DNA of 34,972 bases from Hyphochytrium catenoides (taxonomy: Eukaryota > Protista > Hyphochytriomycota), in assembly GCA_900088475.1 (NCBI GenBank), contig FLMG01001795.1, forward strand, positions 1-34,972, read 5' to 3'. Positions 21,455 to 33,905 of the stretch are shown piece after piece (positions within the stretch are counted from its first letter, which is position 1; each line of letters begins with the position of its first letter). Made by a program: the position numbers and the translations under genes. The notes below the pieces were generated by a model, which worked only from the letters and a program-made list of their open reading frames with translations, did not search any database and was not told the origin of the DNA.

Positions 21455-22399
21455 GGCCAGTGAAGAGATGCGAACTAATCGATGATCAAAAAGATATGGA
21501 GCTGGATGTTATGCTTGACAATGGAAGTGATACCTCTCTCCCTCGGCTCTGTTACGTTCCAGTGGAAGTGTTCCAGAGTCTTACTGCTTGAGCTACAAAG
21601 CCCTTGTTCACTTCGGTTCTTATTTGCAGATACCCAGTGAGGAAGATGCAGATGTGCCATCAGCTCAACTTCTCTCTCAGATTCTGCTCGTTCTCTCCGG
21701 ATTATGCTCTTCTCTCCTTCGGGGACAGACATCTCACCCCTGATCTGTCTCACGCATAATTATTTCATTGTACACGATCTGTTATATCTCCTCCATCAGT
21801 CTGTCTCTTCACGCCCTTTCTATCTAATGGCGTGATCTTATCAGGAGCGGATCCGCCAAGATTTATAAGAACAGCTCAGAATTTGTCGTAGTAATACATG
21901 GCCTTACTTACACCTACAGCCAAATCATAGTAAAAGCTATAGTAGTACGCGCCTGTCGTGACGTCCCCAACAGTTGTTGTACTTCAGATTTCTCTTCCCC
22001 TCTCACCCCCCAAGAGGAGGAGTAACCTTCAGACTTCAAATCCCGGTAATCAAACTTTGATAATCTATAGCTGGTCTGAAACGGACTTCGGATCTTTGGA
22101 TCTTTTGGAGATGAAGTTCCTGCCAGCAGATCCTCCTACCGATGACAGGAAGCTTCGTGCTCTGACCAGAAGAGTCTCCATCGCCATCTTCATCGGCCGG
22201 TCGTCCTTCGGTAGATAGGAATGCCTTCTCACGAGGTTGTGATTATGGCGTAGATGTGCCTGGCTCCTTGTTAAAGGGCCATCTCTGCTAGGCAGCTCAG
22301 CTCTGTCCTCAGAGTCATCATCAGATGAGACGTTTTCGTTCTCAGAGAAATCGTCTGCATTAGGTGCTTCACGATTGTTGTCAGTAAGTGAACTCATTA

Positions 22400-23990
22400 G
22401 AAGACATTCCTATCCTGTCAGAACCAAAAACTATAAAGGAAGCGCTCAGTCGTCCTGATGTAGTTGCTTTGAAACAGGCCAGGAAGAAGAAGAAATGGCA
22501 GCCATGGAAAGACTTGCAGTGTGGCGGTTAGTGGAACCACCTTCTGGTCGTCAAGCTACGGTTGGAGCCAGATGGATATTCAAGGTAGAACTGAAGAGTG
22601 ATGGGTCAGTGGAGCGGTACAAAGCGCGTTTGCTCGCTAGGTCTTTCACCCAAAGTATACGAACTCCACTATCATGAGACCTTCGCTCCGGTTATTCAAT
22701 ATGACTCCCTCCGTATTCTCCTCGCTTTAGCTGCCAGCGTGGACCTCGAAGCTATACAGATGGGCGTGTAATAAATGGCGAGCTGGAAAAGGAGATATAC
22801 ATGATGCAGCCGGCTGGCTATTCGGATTCTGGAGATCGAAAAGTTTGTCATCTTAGAAAGAGCCTCTATGGGTTGTAAAGCAAAGCCCGAGGCAGTGGAC
22901 GAATAAGCAACTCGACAACTTGTCGAAGAATCAAGGATTGTCGCCAACAACCTTTGACCCCAGCGTCTATCTGAAGAAGATGGCATTCAGCAGCGCTTAT
23001 CGTAGCTGTCTCGTCCAAGTCAAGGCTCTAAAGAAGGAGCTCCAACGCAATTTTGAGATAAAGAACGGAAAAGGTCATTTACTTATCTCAGGTCAGGTAC
23101 GTGCAAGAAGTGCTGGACCGGTTCAAATGCAAGACTGTCACTCGGCACAGAGAAATGTGTGAAGGTGGACTGAAGTTGCCCAAACTCACCGAACAATTAG
23201 AAGCTGATAAAGCCTTCCCCTACTACTGAGAAGCACTTGGTTCCCTCATGTACTTGATGATAGCTGGCCGTCCTGACCATGACATTCGTCATGCATTATT
23301 AGCATGCTCTCACAACATAGACGCAGTTTATGGGCAGGCTCATTGAGCAGCCGTAAGTAAAGAGAGTACTACGGTACATCAAAAGGAACCAACAACAAGG
23401 ATTACGAGCTTCGGCTAGGAGGACGTTGTGATGAGGAAACGTTAACTTTAGAAGCACATGCTGATGCTGATTGGGCTAACTTTACCACTACGCGAAGATT
23501 CAGTTCCGGTTATTTGTGCTCTCTTGGGCTTGGTGATGATGTTCAGTGGCGCTCAAAGAAGCAGCTTCTCATGACTCTTTCTACAAATGGGGAATGCGTG
23601 GCACTTACCACTCTCCACCACCAATTATTAGCCCTTCGTCGTCAACTGCTGGAAGAGCTTGGCTTCAGACAATTGAGCCCAACAACGATCAGACAGGACA
23701 ATCAGTCGGTGTCCTGCAGCACGCTATGCTCGCGGACAGACATTCCACCTGCAAGATCTAAGTTTGTTGATGTTCTATACTTTAGCGTGAGAGGAAAGTC
23801 AGAGCCAACGACGTTTGCTTGCGATTTGGCCAACTGGAGACATGATGGTGGCAGGCATTCTGACCAAGGCCCTTTCCCGTGATGCTTTCGTTTAGCTGCG
23901 AGAAGGTCTGAGCATTATTCTTCCGCCTCCAATTGATCAAAGGCTCCTTACGACTCAGCAGATAACCCTCGTGAGACTCAGGGGGAGTTA
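22400..23990 (+). mobile_element. Decayed Ty1/copia LTR retrotransposon: RT-RNaseH and polypurine tract
   Basis: EPKTIKEAL; VWRLVEPP..VGARWIFKVELKSDGSVERYKARL; ETFAPV; RILLALAA; KSLYGL; RNaseH ADADWA, WRSKKQ, QDNQS, RSKFVDV, ILTKAL. Many frameshifts and stops. PPT-like cagggggag at ~23978-23987 followed by tgtggg. Confidence 0.92.
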
Positions 23991-26900
23991 GTGTGGGACA
24001 TGTAGGACTCTCACACTTGGGCTACAAGGACGGATGGGGCAAGCTTACAGGCATGGACTGGCAGCTAGCATAGGTCTCACAAGACCTATACCACAAAGCC
24101 TTTCGTATGTCCACACCTGGCACCAACTTCACGTGCCTCAGAGGCATTGCAGGCCAGTCGGAGGTGGACAGACATGACCACATTCGTCTACCTTCTCTCT
24201 TCTCCTTCTTCACCTGCGTGGTTCTACCATCATATTCCTCCTACTCATAACCCTCTATTAGGGAGTAGGTACCATGACGGAGTAGGATTCTTCAGGAATG
24301 GTGAAGATACCATTATTCTTCTTCACTGCTCACTCTACTACGTTCAATGATCACCGCTCACTCTACGATGCTCAGGACATCAACATTTGTGTCCTACAAA
24401 CCTTAGGAAGATAATCTACTCATTAGCAAGAACGTTCGCTTACTCCTCTGTGCACTCGCTTCGTAAGAACCTTACCGTTCTGACACGATGTAGGGATCAG
24501 GAGAGTAGAATATCCATTGTATCAAACAGATTGTGGGGTACTTCCGTGAACAATCCACCGTTTGCATCATGCCAGACCAGGAAGAGAAGTCCGCAATAAA
24601 GGCAGTGCGATGAAGGAGCGAAAGCGGTCGCAGGCTTGACAAAATATTCAGCTCTGGGTCGTTCAGCCGCCACTGAGTTCTTGCATTCTCTTCTACGCTT
24701 CCGCATGCTTGTCACACTACTGTCTGCCGCATGCCGACGCCATTTTTGCTCTAACATCTTGTTGAACAGCAAATAACAACCTGTGAAGTTGCTCCTTGCT
24801 CCTACATCGATTCTACGTATTCCGACTGTCCTGATGGTGCCGATTAGCTGCTGCTGAGATCTTACTTTTTTACCTTGTTGAATTGAGGTAAGACATAAGA
24901 TTCATGATGGTGGATGAGAAGAACAAGAAGAAGGTGCAGCAGCAGAAGAGTCTGTTCCAGAGTGGGGAAGTAGCAGGTATGGCAACAACTAGTGAGCCAC
25001 ACAACATCTGCCGTCGGTCCCGATCGGCCTCCGGTCATACGTACTCCATCATCACTTGCCAGCAGCAGCAGTCCTACGCTAACACTACAACCAAGAGAAG
25101 ACGAGCAGATATCATTGTGAGCAACCGTTGCTTGTTGCTGCGTGCTGCCAGAAGTAGAAGTAGAAGTAGGAGGAGAGGAGGCGAGCGAGTTGTTGTTCTG
25201 TCCGCCCAGGAAGGCAGCAGCACTTCTCCTGTCAGAAGAGGGTATCGGTCTATCTCCGACTGCCAGAAGAAGCGAATAATGCTGCAACGCTATATACAAT
25301 GCGACATGTTAGTTCTCATATCCTCTTCCGTTGGTGGATAAAAATACTAGGGATGGAGCTCATCTTCTGACGTCGCAGTAGTGCGCCACCGGTAATAAGG
25401 AGACTTTCTTCCGCCATAGAACTGAATAATAAAGGCGCCAACCGTACCAACAACAGACTTGTGATGGTTAGAAAAGGACCCATTCTCCCTTCTTTCTCAT
25501 CCTGACTTAGGTAAGACGAACGGAGACTCTCATCACCAAGCAAGGTCGTCGCCTTCTACTTTATCTTGGTATTGTAAGGGTGTGTTGTTACCTGTGGGTA
25601 GTGGTGTTAGTTGGAAGCTGCTGGACTGCACACTGGCCACTTGGCTTCATCTAAGAATCAGCAGCATGGTACACCTTATTTACACTCTGAAGAGGTGAAA
25701 GAAGAAGCTCTGGGTCTGAGCTACTTCCTAGTGACCGCTGGTTATCAAGAACCACCACAGACGTCTTATATAAGAACCCTTCTGCTGTACTCCAGCAGCA
25801 GCAGCACTCGTACAAGATTTACCGTGTGAGCTTACCACCATATGTTGATGGCTCACTACTGATACCATTGCCGACAAGCAAGAAACACCATGGTGGTGGT
25901 TCACTCCCAACCTGTCCGAAAGTTCTGCATGCTCTGTTCCTGCTGTTGAGGAAGACCCGACACAACTTCTTGGTTGGTCGCTTGGAAGCACCCTAATATT
26001 ATGAAGAAGAAGGAGGGCCTTTACATCCTTTCGTTCGTTAAAGATGGTGGAGAGAGACGTGATGGGATGATGGGATTCTGTTGTCATCCTTTTTCCTCGC
26101 TATGGAAAGGCCTGTATACTCTGTGTATGTTGACTGAGGTGATGGGGCGAAATGTAACGGACGGAGAAGCTGTTGAATGATGAGGAGAAGGCTAGGTGGT
26201 AGTAGAAGAGAAAATCTTACTGATAATAGAAAGGGAAGAAGGGAACTGCAGCATGTCCTCCTCCCTCCGTCCAGGGTCACACTGACCAGGTTCTTCTACC
26301 AGCTGCGGGCATGTTCCCTGCGTTGGTTGGCCCCGTCTCTTCTCTCCTTTTTTCCTTCTCCCTTCCCTGCCGTTTATTTCTTGTTCTCTCCACTATTCAA
26401 GCTAGCGCCATGATCGTGGTGATGAGCTAGTCGTAGCAAACCTGGTCACCATCTCTTCTGCTAGTTGGTAAAGGGGAGTGTAGACAGGGAGATTGGAAGA
26501 CAGTACCAGTGATGATGAGGTGGTTGCTGGCAGGAGGAAGGTGAGAAGAAGGGGGAGAAAGGGAGAAACAAGGAGCCCTGGTCCAAATATATTTGATGAG
26601 GAGATGGGAGGAAACGAATGTGGAATGGCGTCTGCTACGTCTGTTTCAGAGACTGAGCAGTCCGCCACATCTAGATGAATCCAAACAAATAAGCGACTCT
26701 GTCACATCATCTAGCACGCGCACAATGGTGGTCAAGGACTTGCAGACTACCTATCATCAAGGAGGAGGAGAAACGGTTATCCTCCTCTTGGGCCATGGAA
26801 GAAGGATGCAATAATAGTAACGACCGCATTGATCTTTACCTCCTTCTCCCTTCTCATGACTCCTCCTTCCTCTTAGATGCACTATTACCGTCTAAGATTC

Positions 26901-27755
26901 TTCTCGTGGTAGTGTCGATTAACTCATCATCATCTAGGAACAACCCATCACTACAGGCTAGTGAGTTAGACCTTAATAACGGATGCAAGGAGCATGCTAC
27001 TCGGACCCGCTTGCACGGTACCGGCGGGGTTGAAAGCTCGTAGCTTAGCTCGCAGAGCCTTCGTCCTGATGAATGACCTATAGATGGACAGGCGCATCGG
27101 TTATCCTGGATTTATTGACCTGCCCGCAGCATCGCCACTACTTCTTATGTAAGATTGATGTCCATCAAAGCTGCCCTGCGCAACCCACCAAGGAAAAGTA
27201 TGATCATCAGCAACCAGTCGGTATCTTTCACCTGGCAGTGTTCGGAATTCTGTCCGTTGAACCGGCCGTGCCTCGTCCTACTCATCTCCTCTCTGTCCGG
27301 GAGGTCCAACAGCAGCAGTAACGCCAGCTAGTAGATACTTGGCTGCTGAGAAGCTTAGGCCATCATGGATCATTTGAACAGTCCCATATAGGTACCCAAA
27401 CAGCACTGCACCGGCTTGTCTTAGTTAGCTCTCAGCGGAAGGGCTCCCCATCATCATCAGCAACGAGCTCTTGTTTCCTTAGAGGCAAAGCTTCACCATC
27501 GTTCTTCTCCTGGTTCTCCTCTACTCTCGAGTTCCTCCAAAATATATACCCTACGTTGAGAACGGTGCTAAAGTCCAGAGACAAGGGGAAGCCGCAACGG
27601 GTTGCGAAAGACTCAGTTCTCCTTTTTCCAGCCGGGCGAGCCCACTCAACTTTGGTCTCTGCATTGACTTATCCTTGCAAGCGCTGCCGCCGAACAGTGT
27701 AGCAGCTGGACAACCAGCAGTACTCTACTACAGACGTTGTTAAGAGGGTGCTAAG

Positions 27756-30700
27756 ATGGCCAGAGAAGAGAGTCAGACGACCATGGGAGGTTTAACGCCA
27801 CCCGAGAACTTGTTGCCCGGACTACCTAGGCCCAGTCCAAGCGCTTCAGGACCAACTACCGCTGCTGAGGAACCAAGACTACCATCGCCCGGTTCCTCGC
27901 CTCCTCGACAACTTTATCATCCTCATCCTCCACCACCCGGACTCCAAACTCCCTACCACCCTCCGCCATGGTCAACCCCTCACCACTTGCCTCCACTTGT
28001 GCTAATGAGTGCCTCGCCGACCGCTAATCATCAACTTCAACCGGCTGTGGTTATGATGATGACTCCTCAGCAGCTGACTTCCCAGCATCTTCCTTCTCAA
28101 TTTCTGCCAGGTGTGAGTCAGCAGTTACCCCCGGCTTACTATATGGCGGCTCCTTACAACTACCAGCTTCAGCAAGAAGGTGCAGGAACAGTCCATGAGG
28201 AACCTCCTAAACAGCCGCCGAACACGCCGCAGCAACGTCTGACAGTAATCACAGCCTCCCCATCTCCGCACCCCGTTGGGTCTCCACCGGAGACAAACGT
28301 CGGTCTGAGCCATCATGCCTTTGGTACAATCCAAACTCTTCTCTATCCTCGCCATGCCGATTGGCGCCACAGTCTATATGACTGCTTCTCCGATGACGGT
28401 ACACTTTGTGCAGTTAGCTGTCTTTGTCCTGGCTGGCTCTTTGGGCAAATCTGTGCAAGATTGGGTTTGATCAACCTCTTTGCTGGTGTAGCTCTCTATT
28501 GCGTCGTTGCTTCGATACAGATTGTCGGCATCGCCCTCAGCTGCAGCCCAAACGAGTACTCCTACTCTTTTGAGGCACACAGCTACGGAAGTAGTAACAC
28601 TTACAAGCACAGAGTGGCGACGCCTGTCTTGTCTGACGCGCAGTTGTCAGGATATGTTCTCCTGCCTATCGGTAGCATTCTCTACGTCTTTATATTAGCC
28701 CTTCTGCGTCATCGGCTACGAGTGACCCTTCAGCTTTCCGGCAGCATCGGCGAGGACTGCATTACAGCTGCCTTCTGTGGGTTCTGTGCTATGGTTCAGA
28801 TGGGCAAGGAGGTGGACGCTGCATCGTATCTATGCAGCACCACTCCACCGCTTCTCAAAGCAGCAACTGCTAATAAGAATACGGCTTATTCTCCTTCTTC
28901 CCCTCCTCCAGTCTTGAGGCCTATCACTACCGAGCAACAACAACCAGAAGCTTCGGCTGTTGGGCCGCCTAATACCGTTGTTTCAGACACTGGCGCGGTT
29001 CCTGCTCTGGCTACGTCTCAAGTTGGCCAAGAGGGAGCGGCTCCAGAATGTCAAGCCGATCCACCTGCTTACCAGAGTCAAACTGGGGACTGGAATATAG
29101 GCTTGTTCGATTGCTGCCAGAGGCCCAAGGTCTGTGTAATGGGTACATGTTGCCTTTGCCTGTCATACACCCAGATCTCTGCCAGGGCAGGGGCGATGAC
29201 GGTTCTTCCTGCCTTCGTTCTCTCAACGCTACCCTTTATGCTGACCGTCATTGGGTGCACACTTTCCATTTCCGGCCCCTTTCAGACCACCTATAACTAT
29301 TACGTTGACGGCGCTGTGGTTGCCACTTGGCAGCCTGACTTCCATCGCTACGAGGCGTTTATCATAGCTGGTCCTTGCATAGTCGTCACGGCTGCATTGC
29401 TATCTTTAATACTACTGACCGTACTCCGCGGCAGAGTGAGGGAGAAGTTCAAGATTCAGGGCAACCGTTGCTCAGATTGCTGCTCCGTCGCGTGGTGTTG
29501 CCCTTGTGCAGTCACCCAGATGGGTATCGAGGTAGGCATGTATGACAAGTTCAGCTGTTGGACTCTGGCACCACTGCCAACTACGAATAGTGTTGGTTCT
29601 TCCTTGCATCCTGCTCCTACGGGTGGTCACTATAAAGCAAAGAAAGTAGTAGAAGCTCCTACACCGGAGCAGGTGGAAGCAACTCACGAGTTAAGAAAGA
29701 AGCACTTCTACATCGGTGCAGGACTTTGGACGTCACTTGTTATCTTGGCGATAGGATTGGCCCTGGGCTTTGGGATCAGAGCACCCAGTCTTTTCAGCTT
29801 TGGAAGCGGACCTGTCGTCACTTCCATAGCTGGCTCCCCATGGTACCGCTCAGAACCGATAATCCAGGATGGCACCACATACCGAGCAGCTTTTTACGAG
29901 CCACTTCGCGTCGCTGTCAACAGCGCAGGAACCATTTATGTGGTAGACGCTTCAGCAGATACGACTTCCTTCGACTCTCATCATCATGACCAGGACCATC
30001 CCACTCCTGGTCATATAAGTGCGCTTGCTGCCACCAATAGCAAGGCTGCTAGCTCCATCAACACCACGATGACGATGGAAGCAGACTCTTCTCAGTATTA
30101 CGCTGTGCTACGGAAGGTCACTCCAGCGGGTAAAGTGTCAACTGTTCCGCTAAGCTTTAAGGGCGACAGCTCCTACTTTGTCAGATATAATAGCTCAAAT
30201 CAGATTGGCGTTGGTCCCTTCAGCAGCGGCGGGTTCTTCGTTGACACAGACGACAGCATCTACATGGCAGATCAAGAAAATGACCGCATCTGTCGAATCT
30301 TTCCCAATGGCTCCGTGGTTGTCGTTGCTGGCCGCCAAAGGAGCACCACGTATTACTCAAGATTGGGTCATAGCCTGGAAGAGCTTGATGAGGCAACGTT
30401 CCGCTCTCCTCGTGGCCTAGCACGCGATAGAGCAGGGAACATCTACGTGGCAGACGCGTATAATCACCGCATTCGTAAAATCTCGTTTGCAGGCAAAGGC
30501 AGTGTCACGACGATTGCTGGTGATGGTTATCCAGGTTCCTCAGACGGGATGGGCGCCTCGGCCTCCTTTTATATTCCTATGGGCATTGCAGTGGGTCCTG
30601 ATGACGCGGTCTATGTAGCGGACTGGGGGAATTATAAGATAAGGAAGGTCGCACCTAATGGCACGGTCTCAACTATCGCTGGGCAGGGTCACGAAGGCTA

Positions 30701-31715
30701 CAGGGACGGAGATGCTTCTACAGCATTGTTCGAATACCCTGAGGATGTGAAGGTGGATGGCGATGGCAATATCTTTGTTTTGGACAATGAGAGGCTTCGC
30801 GTTATCACGACCCTTGGAGAGGTCAAGACACTGGTTGGGACCACTGAACTTAACAAGTACACGCGCGTTGCTGGTGACGGCCCTGGGAGGAGCGTGAGCT
30901 TCTGGCCTGCAAGCAGCATTGCTCTTTCTCCTTCTGGTGCCATTATTTTCGCTGATCGTTTTAACTCTATGGTCAGGCAAGTCACCGGAAACTTTGGTCT
31001 CCCTGGCTGGAAGAAAGGCGCGGTACCGGCATTAGATTATACCTCTCCAAGTCGTCCCATCATGGCAGCAGGCTTGGGAAGTGGTCTCGGCCCTTCGATG
31101 TCTCCTCCTCCAAACTCTGGCGGCGCTGTAAGTCTTCTGAGTGGTAACGGTGTGGCCAATCTGGACACTTCTGGGTTGACGGAGGTAACCTCTCTTGCTA
31201 GCAGAGATGACACTCCGGAAGGTCTACCTTCACTGCCGTTTGATTTCTATTTCTTTGGGGTCAACTATGGCAGAGGTCTCAACGGTAAAGTCTCATGGTC
31301 GCCAAATAACGAGCTTTGCTTTGGTAGCAACGCTAACCAGAACAAGATTTCTCTTGGCTATGCAGATAGGAGAACCAAGAGCTTCTACTATGCTACAACG
31401 TGTTCTGGGTTAGGAGGCGCATCTTGCATGAGGCTTGTTCTGCAAGCCTATAACTCATACCTTGACTCTCAGAGCTCTTCTAGCGTCCCCATCCGCTGGG
31501 AGATGAAGCTCGTCAGAACCTCCACCGCGCAGTATCTGGAGGTACGGGCGCAGTCTGTGGGCCCAACAAGGGGAACCTACGCCTTTGCGAGCACAAATGG
31601 ATACTCAAGTGCGTTCTCCACTTTCTCCGGACCTACCGGAGGTTCCAGCTTCGTGCTTCAGAGTGACTTGAATGGGCAGTCCTGGACTCTTTATAGTACC
31701 TACCATCTGGAATAG
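27756..31715 (+). CDS. 1319-aa membrane protein: Pro-rich N-terminus, two PLAC8 (Cys-rich) domains, TM helix, NHL-repeat beta-propeller, unknown C-terminal beta domain
   Basis: PLAC8-1 WRHSLYDCF..CLCP..GQI...EDC....CGFCAMVQMGKEV (~28362-28814). PLAC8-2 WNIGLFDCC...DCC..WCCPCAVTQMGIEV (~29091-29534). TM IGAGLWTSLVILAIGLALGFGI (~29711-29780). NHL repeats such as FRSPRGLARDRAGNIYVADAYNHRIRKI and FYIPMGIAVGPDDAVYVADWGNYKIRKV (~29870-30990). Single uninterrupted 3.96-kb ORF. Confidence 0.92.
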   Translation: MAREESQTTMGGLTPPENLLPGLPRPSPSASGPTTAAEEPRLPSPGSSPPRQLYHPHPPPPGLQTPYHPPPWSTPHHLPPLVLMSASPTANHQLQPAVVMMMTPQQLTSQHLPSQFLPGVSQQLPPAYYMAAPYNYQLQQEGAGTVHEEPPKQPPNTPQQRLTVITASPSPHPVGSPPETNVGLSHHAFGTIQTLLYPRHADWRHSLYDCFSDDGTLCAVSCLCPGWLFGQICARLGLINLFAGVALYCVVASIQIVGIALSCSPNEYSYSFEAHSYGSSNTYKHRVATPVLSDAQLSGYVLLPIGSILYVFILALLRHRLRVTLQLSGSIGEDCITAAFCGFCAMVQMGKEVDAASYLCSTTPPLLKAATANKNTAYSPSSPPPVLRPITTEQQQPEASAVGPPNTVVSDTGAVPALATSQVGQEGAAPECQADPPAYQSQTGDWNIGLFDCCQRPKVCVMGTCCLCLSYTQISARAGAMTVLPAFVLSTLPFMLTVIGCTLSISGPFQTTYNYYVDGAVVATWQPDFHRYEAFIIAGPCIVVTAALLSLILLTVLRGRVREKFKIQGNRCSDCCSVAWCCPCAVTQMGIEVGMYDKFSCWTLAPLPTTNSVGSSLHPAPTGGHYKAKKVVEAPTPEQVEATHELRKKHFYIGAGLWTSLVILAIGLALGFGIRAPSLFSFGSGPVVTSIAGSPWYRSEPIIQDGTTYRAAFYEPLRVAVNSAGTIYVVDASADTTSFDSHHHDQDHPTPGHISALAATNSKAASSINTTMTMEADSSQYYAVLRKVTPAGKVSTVPLSFKGDSSYFVRYNSSNQIGVGPFSSGGFFVDTDDSIYMADQENDRICRIFPNGSVVVVAGRQRSTTYYSRLGHSLEELDEATFRSPRGLARDRAGNIYVADAYNHRIRKISFAGKGSVTTIAGDGYPGSSDGMGASASFYIPMGIAVGPDDAVYVADWGNYKIRKVAPNGTVSTIAGQGHEGYRDGDASTALFEYPEDVKVDGDGNIFVLDNERLRVITTLGEVKTLVGTTELNKYTRVAGDGPGRSVSFWPASSIALSPSGAIIFADRFNSMVRQVTGNFGLPGWKKGAVPALDYTSPSRPIMAAGLGSGLGPSMSPPPNSGGAVSLLSGNGVANLDTSGLTEVTSLASRDDTPEGLPSLPFDFYFFGVNYGRGLNGKVSWSPNNELCFGSNANQNKISLGYADRRTKSFYYATTCSGLGGASCMRLVLQAYNSYLDSQSSSSVPIRWEMKLVRTSTAQYLEVRAQSVGPTRGTYAFASTNGYSSAFSTFSGPTGGSSFVLQSDLNGQSWTLYSTYHLE

Positions 31716-32261
31716 TAGCTCGCCATCTCTGCACGATCTCGGGCTTCGATTACCCGTCTGCCTCACAACTTGGAAGGAGCTTCACTGTTGCTTATCTACT
31801 TCAAAGTACAATCATCCTAGTGGCTATCACCTGTTAACCATGCCAACCCCGAAGTATTGAATGTACCACTTGCTTCGCTGTCAGTCCTATCAACTCCCAC
31901 TGTTGCTGAATGCTGTGCCTCTGGTCCTTCGATTCCCAACTGTTATGAACCCTGTCCATTGCCAATGGATTTGCTAGGGCTATACTAGCATATCCATGCG
32001 TCCTGACATCTATCTCGATAAATCGTTTTCCAGCGTCGTGGCCACCTTCATGTCCCCATGCTAACAGGGCCCTCGCTGGGCTCTTTGAAGGTGTGTTGTT
32101 AGCCCTCCCCATATTGTGAGCAACAGTGAGTTGTGCAGATGTCTTGCTATTGATTTGATAATTTAGATGAGAGGAATGAACAGAGGACAAATGGCGATTA
32201 AAGCACAGCTTTCTTAGCTGATCGGTTGCTAGACAGCTGTGTAGACCTGTGCTTGAACGTG

Positions 32262-33506
32262 CTATGCAAATAGTCTGGCGATACCAAGACCCACAGCTAG
32301 AATTGTACCAGCAAAACCGACCCCTATTGCAAGACAGTCAAGAAGTTAGCAAGCATCGCATTCACAGAGCAAGTCAGGAGGAATCGGAGTGGGGAAGGAT
32401 CCACCTCCCATGAGAAATTGCAACCCAGAGCAGGCTAAACATAGGACTTTAGTGAGCGAGTGAGTGAAAGAGAGAGAGAGAGAGAGAGAAAAAGAGAGNN
32501 NNNNNNNNNNNNNNNNNNNNNNNNNNNNNNNNNNNNNNNNNNNNNNNNNNNNNNNNNNNNNNNNNNNNNNNNNNNNNNNNNNNNNNNNNNNNNNNNNNNN
32601 TGAAGAGACTTCAGGACTTCATCTTCCGCTTGCTTCTGGAGTAAAAACTGATAATCGAAGAGTAATAATAGTAGACAAAGAAAGACAGACACGCCAACGT
32701 TAGGCTCAAGAAGCACATGGACGGTGTATACCAGGGAGGGAGATCACCGGCGATCCCTTGAGACAATGAGGTTATAGAGACGGAGATGGGAAGAGTAGAA
32801 AAGGAGATAACTTTGGTCCAAAGGCGAGGAGGCGAGTCATAGCCAACGTCGCTGCAGACAAAGTAAATCAAGCTTCGATACAGAGATCGCAAGAAGAAAG
32901 ACGGCCGTGGCTCACCTTCTTTTCGAGGTTCGTGATCTCTCCTCTCACTTCATTGAAGTCTTTGGTCTCTAGCATCCTTAGGTCTGACCGGAGATTGTTG
33001 AAGTCTCTCTCCAGTAGTTCACGCATGTGACGCTGTGCAATGTCTAAACAATAAAAAAGGAAGTCACAGCACATCGCTCTCAATCTCTCTCCTTACCGAT
33101 CCGTGTCCCCGTTCCCTTTGCAGTCTCTCTATCCCTTGCGCGCAGAAAGTCGGCCTCTCTCCGTCTGTCTTGCCTTGTGGCACTATCACTGCCAAAAGGA
33201 CGATACTCTGTCTCGCGCTATCTTTCCTCTCTCTTTCGTTTGGCTTTGCCTAGGTACGTCACATACCAAACTTGAGAGTAGAGTTGAAGACCTTCTCACT
33301 TAGCTCCGCCTTCAGCTCGATATGCTCTCCTTTGGTGGCCAGCTATTGCAAGAGAGAGGGTGAGATAAAGACGTAAGCATATGAATCACTGAGCCGGGAA
33401 ACAAAGGAGGAGGAGAAGACAAAGTTGGGGATGGGCCGGGGATAGAAGATGGAGAGGCATAGAGAGAGAGAAAGAAAGAGAAGAGGAGAGAGAGAGAGAA
33501 AGAGGA

Positions 33507-33570
<64 letters not shown>

Positions 33571-33869
33571 AGAGGGAGAGAGAACAGGAACTTAAGTTGC
33601 CGAGAGACATGCTTTCGAGGAGACAGATTGCAGTTAGTAGCTGATAGGCCCGGCAGGGAAAGGTTAGGACCGACCAGCCGAGCTTGGGACTCTATAATCT
33701 GCTGCGAGGTCTTCTCCAGCACTTCGAGAACTGCCTCCGCCTGTTCGTAGGTGAAGTCTAAGCAAGAGAGAAAAGGGAATCAGGGGAGAGAGACACAGCG
33801 AGTGAGTGACTAAGAGATGAACCCCGACAGAGGCAGAGGCAAACGGAGAAAGAGCTGCCAAACACACAC

Positions 33870-33905
<36 letters not shown>

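Noticed and set aside
24323-24372. Short direct repeat cac(t/c)gctcactctac x2
   Set aside because: Two 15-bp copies only; a local slippage duplication, not an array.
21958-24500. LTR pair for the copia relic (gtccccaaca at ~21972; tgtgggac at ~23992)
   Set aside because: The ends look like LTR inverted termini, but I see no direct-repeat homology between the two flanks and no clear primer-binding site.
28125-30985. Short antisense or alternate-frame ORFs inside the long genes (also within G6PD and the CCDC171-like gene)
   Set aside because: Shadow ORFs with no recognisable motifs.
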